Source of the DNA: an uncultured Gelidibacter sp.
GTDB taxonomy: Bacteria > Bacteroidota > Bacteroidia > Flavobacteriales > Flavobacteriaceae
Length of the DNA: 64,000 bases
NCBI RefSeq assembly: GCF_947500795.1
Contig: NZ_CANMTE010000007.1
Coordinates: 12,456 to 76,455, forward strand
Direction of reading: 5' to 3'
Shown: positions 21,113 through 30,711 of the stretch, piece after piece
Layout of the letters: every line of letters starts with the position of its first letter
Numbering within the stretch: position 1 is the stretch's first letter
Notes under the pieces: model-generated
Seen by the model: the letters and a program-made list of their open reading frames with translations, nothing else
Databases searched by the model: none
Told to the model about the DNA's origin: nothing
Position numbers and translations under genes: made by a program

Positions 21113-22270
21113 CTAATGTAAGCTTTCAAAAAGCGTATTCAACAATTCTTGATCTTTATCTAAACTATACTCCCAAAACATAGCGCCTCCCAAGCCTTTT
21201 TCTTTGATATAGTCCGCTTTTAATTTGATTTCTTTTGGAGTTTCCCACGAGATCATCACCTTATCGGTAGCACTCCAGAGGTAAGACGCTTTTGCCGAGT
21301 CGTCATACAATTTTTCGTAGTTACCGGATTTTATTTTTTCAAGGATTTGCCAGTAGGAAATGATATAACCACCTTCATTCGCCGACGCATATAAAGGCAC
21401 GTCCGTAGGTGCTACTTTTTCCCATTGTCTGCCATAAAATGGAATCCCCAAAACGAGTTTGTTTACAGGAACGCCCGCTACAATATGTCTCTCAATGGCT
21501 TCAACACCACTATTCCCGCCATATTTTTCCTTATCTGATGGATACAAATTGGCGTGGTGCCCGGTTTGATACATCCAACCTTGATAAAAATCGTATCCCA
21601 TAACATTGATAAAATCAAGATATTCATGCGCCTCTCCTAAATTGGTATTGTCAATATACGCCTGATCAGCGCCAGTGGCAATGGTCAATAAATAATGAGT
21701 GTTGTCTTTTTCACCTTGCACATCGAGTGCTTCACGAATAGCCTTTAAAAGCAACGTGAAATTATCTTTATCGGCCGGACGGAATACATTGTCCTCTGCC
21801 CGTTGTCCCGGATATTCCCAATCTAAATCGACACCATCAAATTCATGTTTTTTAAGAAGTGCCACACAGCTTTCAGCAAATATTTTGCGTGACTCCTCAT
21901 AGGCTGCCATAGTTGAAAATTGATCAGACCAAACCCAACCGCCTACTGAATACAATACTTTTAAGTCGGGGTTTTGTTGTTTGAGACCGATAAGCGTCGC
22001 AATTTTGGCAGCATCAGTATCGAGTTCAAAGGCCGCTTTGCCTTCTACAATATTGGCAAAGGCAAAGTTAATATGGGTCAATTTTGAGGCATCAATTTTT
22101 GAAAAATCATAATCCTCATATCCTGCCGCATAACCGATGATCTTCATGTCTACCGGTGTAGCCTCCTCATTGGAGATCTCTTGCTCTTCTACTGGTAATT
22201 CCGATTTTTCAGGTGCATTGTTGCACGCAAAAAACAGGGGTATTAGGAACAAATATTTGATGTATTTCAT
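21113..22270 (-). CDS. GH18 chitinase / endo-beta-N-acetylglucosaminidase lipoprotein
   Basis: Lipobox FFAC; THINFAFA, SVGGW, FDGVDLDWEYP (intact DxDxE), MGYDF, GLGGAMFWEY. Confidence 0.93.
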   Translation of the reverse strand: MKYIKYLFLIPLFFACNNAPEKSELPVEEQEISNEEATPVDMKIIGYAAGYEDYDFSKIDASKLTHINFAFANIVEGKAAFELDTDAAKIATLIGLKQQNPDLKVLYSVGGWVWSDQFSTMAAYEESRKIFAESCVALLKKHEFDGVDLDWEYPGQRAEDNVFRPADKDNFTLLLKAIREALDVQGEKDNTHYLLTIATGADQAYIDNTNLGEAHEYLDFINVMGYDFYQGWMYQTGHHANLYPSDKEKYGGNSGVEAIERHIVAGVPVNKLVLGIPFYGRQWEKVAPTDVPLYASANEGGYIISYWQILEKIKSGNYEKLYDDSAKASYLWSATDKVMISWETPKEIKLKADYIKEKGLGGAMFWEYSLDKDQELLNTLFESLH

Positions 22271-22274
22271 GAGT

Positions 22275-23345
22275 TTATTGTTTTAGAAAAGCACCATCTT
22301 CTTTAAGGATTAATAGGGCATTTGTAAACGGACTTTCCACCGAGATGTTCCATCCGAAATTATGGTTTTCAAGTTTAGGGTTGATGGTCTTGCCGTCGAT
22401 TATTATTGGGGATGTCATCAAACTATCCAATGTTGTTGCCCAGGCTGCATGAGTGTCAAAATGTTTCTTTTGCGCGCGATACAATTCATACAAGGCCCAT
22501 TTGATTTTTTCATCATTTGGAATTTCAAACGTATCTTTTGCTCCAGCTTCCTTTGAAGAAAAATAAACATAGCCCCAATGTTCAGGTTCGTGCATGTTAA
22601 TAACACCTTGTGGCGACCATACCCAATTATATTCCAGGAGGTAATTGCCTTCCGCATCTTTCTTGCGTCCGTAAGTGCCATCGTTAAGTTGATAATCCCA
22701 ATTGACTCTAGAAAAATTCACGCGCCAAAAGTCGTCTTTAGGTACAATTTCTTCAAAATAGGCTTTCTTGAAAACACGCCACGGAATGGCAATTTCGAGC
22801 ATCCATCCTTTATCGGTATCCTTCGGATTGTTTAAAGTGCCGTCAATGGTAATGGCGGATTTCATTCCAGTAGCCGTCCAATCGTTTAACACCACATTAT
22901 TTTCGCGATATGGTTTTGACACAAATAAATCCCAAACGGTGTTGATGGCGTTGATCTCAATTTCATAATAATTATGGGTGTCGCCAGTTGGGTCGATAAA
23001 TACCTCAAAATCGTTATTATGAAAAATAATTGCGTCGTGATCGGTAATATCTGCCCATACATGTGGCTCTTCCATTTTGGCTAATATGTAGAAATAGGTA
23101 CTATCCCATAACATTTTCGCCTGGGTATTGTAGGTCGGTTTTTTGACCCCTTCAATATCAATAAACAGATCGGTCCATTCCACTTTATTCCAAGAGGCAT
23201 CAGCCCCCTTTCCATCAATTATGATGGAGTCAGACGTGTGATACGCTATGTAACTTTTAGGAATGATGCTGTTTTTTGTTTGCGCAAAAGTTGCTAAAGA
23301 CACACAAAAAAAGAGCACCAACGCATATCGAAATTTCAAATCCAT
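22275..23345 (-). CDS. Carbohydrate-binding family 9-like (CBM9-like) protein, signal peptide
   Basis: IIIDGKGADASW, MLWDSTYFY, DFEVFIDP, YYEIEINA, WRVNFSRV and WVWSPQG, typical of Bacteroidota CBM9-like proteins. Confidence 0.8.
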   Translation of the reverse strand: MDLKFRYALVLFFCVSLATFAQTKNSIIPKSYIAYHTSDSIIIDGKGADASWNKVEWTDLFIDIEGVKKPTYNTQAKMLWDSTYFYILAKMEEPHVWADITDHDAIIFHNNDFEVFIDPTGDTHNYYEIEINAINTVWDLFVSKPYRENNVVLNDWTATGMKSAITIDGTLNNPKDTDKGWMLEIAIPWRVFKKAYFEEIVPKDDFWRVNFSRVNWDYQLNDGTYGRKKDAEGNYLLEYNWVWSPQGVINMHEPEHWGYVYFSSKEAGAKDTFEIPNDEKIKWALYELYRAQKKHFDTHAAWATTLDSLMTSPIIIDGKTINPKLENHNFGWNISVESPFTNALLILKEDGAFLKQ

Positions 23346-23356
23346 AGGAGTTGTTT

Positions 23357-24322
23357 TTATAAACTATTATCTTTTGTGTATTGCACCACTTCACTCAACT
23401 TTCCGAATGCCAAAGCGACAACAGTATCTGCGGCACCATAGTATACCGCCAATTTATCTTCTTTTGTATCGTGTAAGGCTGCACATGGGAACACTACATT
23501 AGGCACATCGCCAGTAGTTTCATAAAGTTCAGCAGGGCCTAACAAATACGGCTGCGTTCTATATTTTACTTTATCCGGTTGGTGTTCGTCTAAAATAGCG
23601 GCACCCATCGCATAACGGAATCCGTTGCAGGTATTAATTACCCCGTGGTAGAGCATTAGCCAACCTTCGTCCGTTAAAATTGGAATTGGGCCTGCGCCAA
23701 TTTTGGTACACTGCCACGCACTGTCCACAAATGGCGTCGCTTTCATTACACAACGGTGCTCACCCCAATATTTCATATCCGGACTGTAGCTGATGTAGAT
23801 ATCACCAAACGGTGTGTGACCGTTATCACTTGGGCGACTCAACATAGCGTATTTGCCGTTTATTTTCTGTGGAAATAAAACCCCATTTCTGTTAAATGGT
23901 AAAAAGGCATTTTCACATTGGAAAAACTCCTTAAAATCGTAAGTGTAGGCGATGCCGATAGTTGGCCCGTGGTACCCGTTACACCAGGTAATCCAATAAC
24001 GATCTTCAATAAAAACAACACGTGGGTCATATTTATAGTCGGATTCTATCATTTCGGTATTTCCCGCTTGCATCACAATCGGCTCATGTTTGATCTCCCA
24101 ATCGATACCGTTCTTGCTAAAACCAGCAAAAATATTCATTTGCACAGCTTTGTTATCACATCTAAAAACGCCGGCAAATCCATCTTCAAAAGGGACCACA
24201 GCACTGTTAAAAATACTGTTGGAAGTTGGAATATCATATCGGTTTATGATTGGGTTTTCAGAATAACGCCACATCACGTCGTTACAGTTGTCAGGCTTAT
24301 CTTGCCATGGAATTGATTTCAT
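23357..24322 (-). CDS. GH130 beta-1,4-mannosyl-GlcNAc / mannooligosaccharide phosphorylase (UhgbMP/BT1033-like), cytoplasmic
   Basis: [67 protein letters not shown]; no signal peptide. Confidence 0.93.
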   Translation of the reverse strand: MKSIPWQDKPDNCNDVMWRYSENPIINRYDIPTSNSIFNSAVVPFEDGFAGVFRCDNKAVQMNIFAGFSKNGIDWEIKHEPIVMQAGNTEMIESDYKYDPRVVFIEDRYWITWCNGYHGPTIGIAYTYDFKEFFQCENAFLPFNRNGVLFPQKINGKYAMLSRPSDNGHTPFGDIYISYSPDMKYWGEHRCVMKATPFVDSAWQCTKIGAGPIPILTDEGWLMLYHGVINTCNGFRYAMGAAILDEHQPDKVKYRTQPYLLGPAELYETTGDVPNVVFPCAALHDTKEDKLAVYYGAADTVVALAFGKLSEVVQYTKDNSL

Positions 24323-24327
24323 CTGCT

Positions 24328-26205
24328 TTAATCTTTATATTTTTTTACTTTATCTAACCAAGTGAATTTTAAAATGATCGTGGTAATTCCAAAAACCAAT
24401 AAGGCCATCCACGTTTTTGGGAAGTCTCTTATCAGGAAATAAATTGGCAATAAAATCATACTCGATTGCCAAACGACACCCACCACACAATTTAACATAT
24501 CACTTACAAAATCCTTATTTTGATCCACTGCACTGTTATCCTTTTGCAAGGCATTATATACAGGTTTCCACCAACCCCACGGTCTAACGTTTGCATAAAA
24601 CGCTTTTAAAGTCGCCATTGGTGTTGCCGGCGTTAATAATGTTCCTAAAAACGACCCTAATAAGGATACTACAAATATAAACGGAAACATATAAATGGCC
24701 GGTATTTGAGATACTTCGTATAACCACGTGCCCGTTTCAAAATTTCCTTTATTTTGGTCCAATAAAAACTGTAGCGTTGCCACGAACAATCCGGAGGTCA
24801 TTCCCCAAAAATAACCCCAGCCGTTGAAGCGCCACCATACCCATTTTAAGAAATTTGCCGCCACATAGCCACCATAGAGCGCACTTGTAATCCACAGGGT
24901 TATGGAGTTGATGGATCCGGCAAAGAAGCCCATGGTTACCCCTAAAATCACAATAGCGAAAGAGGCGATATGACTCGCTTTGATATAATGTTTGTGTGAA
25001 GCTTCGGGTTTGAAATATTTCTTATAAATATCATTGACAATATAGGCTGGTCCCGAATTGACAAAGGCTGAGAATGTAGACATGAATGCGGCCAAAAGCC
25101 CTGCCAACAACAATCCTTTAATCCCAACGGGAACATGTTCATTGATCACTTTTGGTAAAATCACTTCTAAATCGGCACCGGTGATACTCCCCGAAGCAGC
25201 CATATCGGGAGCCAAATAAACTAACCCAAGCACCACAATCCCACCAATAAGTAAATAGCGCGGAATAAAAAGTACCAAGTTGGTAAATCCACTCATATAA
25301 GCGGCTTCCTTAACTGAGCGGGTGGATAGGATGCGCTGCATATCATAACTTGGCGTTGGTCCGGCGATACTCGCAAAAAAGCCTTTAAACAGCGACATGC
25401 CAATAAAAGCACCAAACATTTTATAACCTTGGGTATCGATTAAATCATTGAAAGCAGCATATTTATCTGACCATGAGCCTTCCAATTGACTTGAAAACAT
25501 AATGCTTGACCATTCTGTAGAAATGACTTCATTTATTTGAATGTCCGTAACAGTAATAAATGCGTAGCCGGCAATCAAAATTCCGGCAATGACCATGATG
25601 CCATATTGTAATACTTCTGTAGCAACCACCGAAAACATTCCCCCTTTAATGGTATAAATCGTAGTAAGGAATATAATAATCAGGGCGTAATTCTGATCGG
25701 AAGTTAACAAGACCCCATCGTTCATCATCAGGGTTAAATCCCAAGGCAAAATGATGCTCATAAATTTACCCACGCCTTCAAAAAAGTAGGCGATAAATCC
25801 GATGGACGCAATAATCGCAAAAATGGCCACAATTAAATGTGATGCCCTGCCGGCTTTCCCATCGCCAAAGCGGGTTAAAATCCACTCAGAACCCGTCATG
25901 ATATTAGAACGTCTAATCCATGCGGCCAAGAAAATCATGATGAAAATCTGGTTCCAAATGGGCCACATCCACATAAACATAAAGCTTTTAGCGCCATAGA
26001 GGAATAAAATCCCTACCATCCATGCGGTTCCGGAAACATCAAACATTCCCGAACCGTTACTCAAGCCTAAATAATACCATTTGATACTTTTTCCTCCAAG
26101 AAAGTAGGAATCCAAACCTTTAGAAGCGCGTTTGGAAATCCAAATCCCTACCGCCAAAGTGACGACAATATAGAGGACAATTATAGATACGTCAATAATT
26201 CCCAT
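24328..26205 (-). CDS. Sodium:solute symporter (SSS) family sugar transporter
   Basis: [42 protein letters not shown]; about 14 hydrophobic segments. Start overlaps the GH92 stop (TAATG). Confidence 0.92.
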   Translation of the reverse strand: MGIIDVSIIVLYIVVTLAVGIWISKRASKGLDSYFLGGKSIKWYYLGLSNGSGMFDVSGTAWMVGILFLYGAKSFMFMWMWPIWNQIFIMIFLAAWIRRSNIMTGSEWILTRFGDGKAGRASHLIVAIFAIIASIGFIAYFFEGVGKFMSIILPWDLTLMMNDGVLLTSDQNYALIIIFLTTIYTIKGGMFSVVATEVLQYGIMVIAGILIAGYAFITVTDIQINEVISTEWSSIMFSSQLEGSWSDKYAAFNDLIDTQGYKMFGAFIGMSLFKGFFASIAGPTPSYDMQRILSTRSVKEAAYMSGFTNLVLFIPRYLLIGGIVVLGLVYLAPDMAASGSITGADLEVILPKVINEHVPVGIKGLLLAGLLAAFMSTFSAFVNSGPAYIVNDIYKKYFKPEASHKHYIKASHIASFAIVILGVTMGFFAGSINSITLWITSALYGGYVAANFLKWVWWRFNGWGYFWGMTSGLFVATLQFLLDQNKGNFETGTWLYEVSQIPAIYMFPFIFVVSLLGSFLGTLLTPATPMATLKAFYANVRPWGWWKPVYNALQKDNSAVDQNKDFVSDMLNCVVGVVWQSSMILLPIYFLIRDFPKTWMALLVFGITTIILKFTWLDKVKKYKD

Positions 26206-28463
26206 TAGTCGTTTTTAGTTTTAGAAGTGCCCCATTGTTTGTTAGGTTCTGCGCCCATTATAAAACGCAAGGTGCCTCCTTTTAAAATATCAGCATGTGA
26301 AATGGCTGTTTTATGGAACGGTTTGCCATTAAAAGAGGCAGATTGGATGTAAAAATTCTTATCGGAAACGTTTTCTGCCTCAATCACAAAGGTCTTTTTA
26401 TTTGGCAGATTGATGCTTGCCTTTTCAAAAATTGGGGTTCCTATTTCATACTCTCCAGACGCTGGATTCATAGGATATAACCCAACGGAACTCAACACAT
26501 ACCAAGCACTCATTTGTCCGCAATCTTCATTCCCACTCAAGCCGTCTGGTGTGGTGTTGTATTGGGTGTCCATAATGTGGCGTGCCCAATATTGCGTACG
26601 CCACGGTTGGTCCGCATGGTTAAACATATAGGCAATATGATGGCTCGGTTCGTTACCATGGGCATACTGGCCGATAAGTCCTGTGATATCTGCCGAAATA
26701 TTATCGCCAGTAATTTCAGAACTCTCCGTAAACAATTGCTCTAAACGGCTGGTGAATTTTTCGTTGCCCCCGTGAAGTTCAATAAGGTTATCGACGGCAT
26801 GTGGCACAAACCAACTGTGTTGCCAGGCGTTACCTTCAGTATAATCTGTTTGTTCTCTGTGGTTGGAATGTTTCGGATCAAAAGGTTCGTTCCAAGAATT
26901 TCCAGCGACAGATTTCCCGCGCATAAATCCGGATTCATTATCAAATAAATGTTGGTAAGCTTTAGAACGCTCGGAGAAATATTTATAATCTTCATCTTTT
27001 CCTAAAGCTTTGGCCATTTCAGCCACACACCAATCGTCATAAGCATATTCCAAGGTGATGGTTACAGACTCGTCCAACAAACTATACGGAATATAGCCGT
27101 ATTTTTTATAGTGATTAAGGCCACGTTCGTCTTGCATCATCGTGTTCTTCATCGCTTCGTAAGCGCGTTCGACATCAAAACCGCGGATTCCTTTTTTGTA
27201 GGCTTCCACAATTACCGGAATAGAATGGTAGCCGGTCATGGTATTGGTTTCGTTGCCGTATAATGTCCAGACTGGTAAAATATTTCTAACCTCATAATAC
27301 GCCAACATAGAATTGACCATATCTGACACTCTATCTGGTGCAATCATAGTCAGCAAAGGATGTTCTGCTCTAAAAGTATCCCATAGTGAGAGGGTTGAAT
27401 AGGCGGTGTAATTGTCAGCGTTAACAATGCTGTCATTCTCCATTCTGAATTGGCCATTTTTATCGCTAAACGTCACTGGTGCCAATTGGGTGTGGTATAA
27501 GGCCGTGTAAAAAATAGTTTTTAAAGAATCGGTTGGCGTCTCCACTTCAAAGGAAGATAGCGCTGTATTCCATAGTTTTTCGGCAGCGGTTTTCGTTTGA
27601 TCAAAATCAAAGCCAGAGGTTCCCAAATTATCTTTGGCGTTCTCTATACTCACCGATGACAAGGCCACTTTTGCAAATAATTCAGGGCTCTTTTCATTAG
27701 CGTCAAACACTACTTGAATAGACGATTTTACGCCTTCATGATCGCCATCTTCAAAAACCTGACCATCAACATACAGTTTATAATCGGCAATAGGCTTAGA
27801 AAATTTAGCTACAAAAAATACTTTTTGATTCTGTGCCCACCCTGTACTATGGCGGTAACCGCTAATGGTGTATCGGTCTTCAACTTTTAGGGATGTTGCA
27901 ACGGCCTTGTCCCAATTGATGGCAAAACCTAAGTCGATCACAACTGATTGTTGATCACCTTCTTTAAACGTGTACTTATGATATGCCGTTCTTTTTGAAG
28001 TCGTCAGTTCCACATTCACGTCATGATCCTCCAAGTAGACTTGGTAATAGCCTGGTGATGCTTTTTCGTTATCATGGCTGTATTTTGATCTGTAAGGAAT
28101 GCTGTCTCGTGAGATAGGATTCGTTGTTAAATCCACCGTTTTGTTGATGGGCATAAAAATAATATCGGCCAAATCTCCAATTCCGGTACCGCTCAAGCTT
28201 AAATGGCTAAACCCAACGGCGATATCATCAGAATAGTGGTAACCCGAACACCAATCCCAATCGCTGATCCCGTTTACAGGGCTCACTTGAAGCATTCCAA
28301 AAGGAACGGTAGCACCAGGATAGGTATGGCCATGACCGCCAGTGCCAATAAATGGATCGACATAACTAATGGCCTCTCGTTTCACTTCCGGTTTAGTGTC
28401 TGTTTTTTTATTACAGCTGACAATTAATAGAGCGGATAAAATAATTAAGTAGCTTTTTTTCAT
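26205..28463 (-). CDS. GH92 alpha-mannosidase lipoprotein
   Basis: Lipobox IVSC; YVDPFIGTGGHGHTYPGA, YTEGNAWQH, GNEDCGQMSAW. Confidence 0.95.
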   Translation of the reverse strand: MKKSYLIILSALLIVSCNKKTDTKPEVKREAISYVDPFIGTGGHGHTYPGATVPFGMLQVSPVNGISDWDWCSGYHYSDDIAVGFSHLSLSGTGIGDLADIIFMPINKTVDLTTNPISRDSIPYRSKYSHDNEKASPGYYQVYLEDHDVNVELTTSKRTAYHKYTFKEGDQQSVVIDLGFAINWDKAVATSLKVEDRYTISGYRHSTGWAQNQKVFFVAKFSKPIADYKLYVDGQVFEDGDHEGVKSSIQVVFDANEKSPELFAKVALSSVSIENAKDNLGTSGFDFDQTKTAAEKLWNTALSSFEVETPTDSLKTIFYTALYHTQLAPVTFSDKNGQFRMENDSIVNADNYTAYSTLSLWDTFRAEHPLLTMIAPDRVSDMVNSMLAYYEVRNILPVWTLYGNETNTMTGYHSIPVIVEAYKKGIRGFDVERAYEAMKNTMMQDERGLNHYKKYGYIPYSLLDESVTITLEYAYDDWCVAEMAKALGKDEDYKYFSERSKAYQHLFDNESGFMRGKSVAGNSWNEPFDPKHSNHREQTDYTEGNAWQHSWFVPHAVDNLIELHGGNEKFTSRLEQLFTESSEITGDNISADITGLIGQYAHGNEPSHHIAYMFNHADQPWRTQYWARHIMDTQYNTTPDGLSGNEDCGQMSAWYVLSSVGLYPMNPASGEYEIGTPIFEKASINLPNKKTFVIEAENVSDKNFYIQSASFNGKPFHKTAISHADILKGGTLRFIMGAEPNKQWGTSKTKND

Positions 28464-28484
28464 GATTATCTTTTAACCTGACTT

Positions 28485-28499
28485 ATGCAATCGTTTTCG
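28485..28499. promoter_or_regulatory. Possible LacI-family (cre-like) operator
   Basis: ATGCAATCGTTTTCG (reverse complement CGAAAACGATTGCAT), 22 bp upstream of the first gene of the N-glycan arm. Single instance. Confidence 0.35.
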
Positions 28500-28746
28500 T
28501 TTATAAAATTTATGACTTCTTGAAAATTCAATTCGTTTTAACTCGTTCTTAGAGCGTTACGTGATTTTACTTTTTACGAAAGTGAATCGCGAATTAAATA
28601 TCGTTTTGGAATCATTTTGGTTTTTAATTGGAAAGAAAAAAACAAGCTGAATTCACTGCATAAATTTTCATAAATTTAACCGAAATTGAAATTAAATTAG
28701 ACGGACGACACGTTAACTCTCCTAAACATCACAAAAGATTTTTTTA

Positions 28747-29805
28747 ATGAACTATAAATCCAGCCATCTCTATAAAATATCGTTTTGGCATCACATTATT
28801 TTTTGGTCTGTTTATTTTTTATTTAACACTTTTAGATGGGGAAGTTACTTTGATGATTACGTGTATTCGTTAAAAACAAACCTGCTCGGATTTCCAATTC
28901 ACATCACCTTATGTTATTTTAACATTTACTTTTTGATGCCCGTATTTCTATTCAAAAAGAAATACATTTCCTTCGTTATTTTAATTCTGTCCGCCATTTT
29001 TTTAATGGTGCTCGCCAAATTCAATCTCACTTATTTTTTAATAAGTAATGAGGTTTGGCCAGAAGGCCCTAACCCCATCAATAACCTGACACTCAATTAC
29101 GTAATTGATATGATGATTGGCGAGTTGTATGTGATTACGTTTGTAACGGCCATAAAAGTAACCTTAGATTTTTTGAAGGAACACAAGCGGGTTGCCGATT
29201 TGGAAAAGGCACAATTAGAAACCGAATTACTGTTTTTAAAATCGCAGATTTCACCGCATTTTTTCTTTAACACGTTGAATAACATCCATTCTTTAGCGTT
29301 AGAAAAATCCAATAAAACACCGAAAATTATTTTAAGGCTTTCGGAGTTAATGCGCTACCTACTTTACGAGACAAAGCACGAACGGCAATCCTTACAAAAT
29401 GAAATTCTTTGCATTCAGAATTACCTCGACTTGGAAAAAATCAGGCATGATGAGTTACTCAGAGTGAACATGTCCATTTCTGGAGATATCCAAGATAAAT
29501 CTATAGCTCCTATTTTGCTACTGACCTTTGTGGAGAATGCGTTTAAGCACGGTGTGAGCAAGAATATTGGTTTTGTAAAAGTGGACATTGAAATTAATGT
29601 GGAAGGTGATTTTCTCTATTTTACCGTCACCAATCCGTTACCTTCTGAAAACACATTACCACACAAGTTTGATCAATCTAGTGGAATTGGTTTAGAGAAC
29701 GTAAAAAAAAGATTAAGTTTAGGGTATGATAAGAATGATTATGAGCTCACGATTAAAAACGATGAACACTTGTTTACGATCCATCTCAAGATCAAGGTGA
29801 CTTAA
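28747..29805 (+). CDS. LytS/YehU-type sensor histidine kinase
   Basis: About four N-terminal TM segments; LKSQISPHFFFNTLNNI H-box, APILLLTFVENAFKHG, SSGIGLENVKKRL. Confidence 0.95.
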   Translation: MNYKSSHLYKISFWHHIIFWSVYFLFNTFRWGSYFDDYVYSLKTNLLGFPIHITLCYFNIYFLMPVFLFKKKYISFVILILSAIFLMVLAKFNLTYFLISNEVWPEGPNPINNLTLNYVIDMMIGELYVITFVTAIKVTLDFLKEHKRVADLEKAQLETELLFLKSQISPHFFFNTLNNIHSLALEKSNKTPKIILRLSELMRYLLYETKHERQSLQNEILCIQNYLDLEKIRHDELLRVNMSISGDIQDKSIAPILLLTFVENAFKHGVSKNIGFVKVDIEINVEGDFLYFTVTNPLPSENTLPHKFDQSSGIGLENVKKRLSLGYDKNDYELTIKNDEHLFTIHLKIKVT

Positions 29806-29850
29806 TGCAGCTTTAGTCGCGCTCATAAATGCTATGATATATAGAAAGCT

Positions 29851-30561
29851 ATGAAAATAAAATGTTTGATTATTGATGATGAACCATTGGCTATCAATGT
29901 AATAAAAAATTATTTACAGAAAATTGAGGATATAGAATTGGTGAACTCCTTCAATAATGCGATTGATGGACTAAATTATTTAAAGCACCATAAAGTAGAT
30001 GTCATTTTCTTAGACATTGGCATGCCAGTTCTGGATGGCCTTAGCTTTATTAAAAGCTTAGAAGAACCACCTTTGATTATTGTGACCACCGCTTATACTG
30101 AATATGCGGTAGAAACTTATGCTTTAGATGTGCTTGACTATCTTGTAAAACCTATTGAGTTTCCAAGATTCATGAATGCGCTGAATAAGGTTTACAGACG
30201 CTTACAATTACATCAACCTGCTACCGATCTCAGTCATACTCGTCCGTATGTGTTCATCAAAATCGACAAGAAAAAAATGAAAAAAGTGTTTTTAGATGAG
30301 ATTTTGGTGATTGAAAGCCAAAAGGATTATCTAAAAATCAACACGACAAATGGCCGATTCATGATCCATAGTACATTATCGGACTTCACCGATTTACTAC
30401 CTGTGTCAGACTTTATCAGGATTCATAGATCGTACACTGTCTCCATCAGTCAAATTGACTCTGTGGAAGGCAACAGCGTTGAAATTGATGGCATGAGATA
30501 CAGTATTGGACGTTCTTATATTGACGAGGTAAAAGCCAAAATTCTAAACTCCGCTATTTAA
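29851..30561 (+). CDS. LytTR-family response regulator
   Basis: IIDDEPLA, IFLDIGMP, TTAY, DYLVKPI receiver motifs; FIRIHRSY LytTR domain. Confidence 0.96.
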   Translation: MKIKCLIIDDEPLAINVIKNYLQKIEDIELVNSFNNAIDGLNYLKHHKVDVIFLDIGMPVLDGLSFIKSLEEPPLIIVTTAYTEYAVETYALDVLDYLVKPIEFPRFMNALNKVYRRLQLHQPATDLSHTRPYVFIKIDKKKMKKVFLDEILVIESQKDYLKINTTNGRFMIHSTLSDFTDLLPVSDFIRIHRSYTVSISQIDSVEGNSVEIDGMRYSIGRSYIDEVKAKILNSAI

Positions 30562-30641
30562 TTTTTAGTTTCAGGAAGCCTAAAGACTACTTCGCTTTTA
30601 GCATCAACAACGACTTATTCCGAATTGAAATTTTATAAATT

Positions 30642-30676
30642 AAAAAAGGGAGAACTTGTAAAGTTCTCCCTTTTTT
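30642..30676. terminator. Bidirectional terminator between LytTR and susD
   Basis: Perfect 16-bp inverted repeat AAAAAAGGGAGAACTT-GTA-AAGTTCTCCCTTTTTT between convergent genes. Confidence 0.92.
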
Positions 30677-30711
30677 CGACTAAACATTAAATGAAAACGA
30701 AATACTAATTT

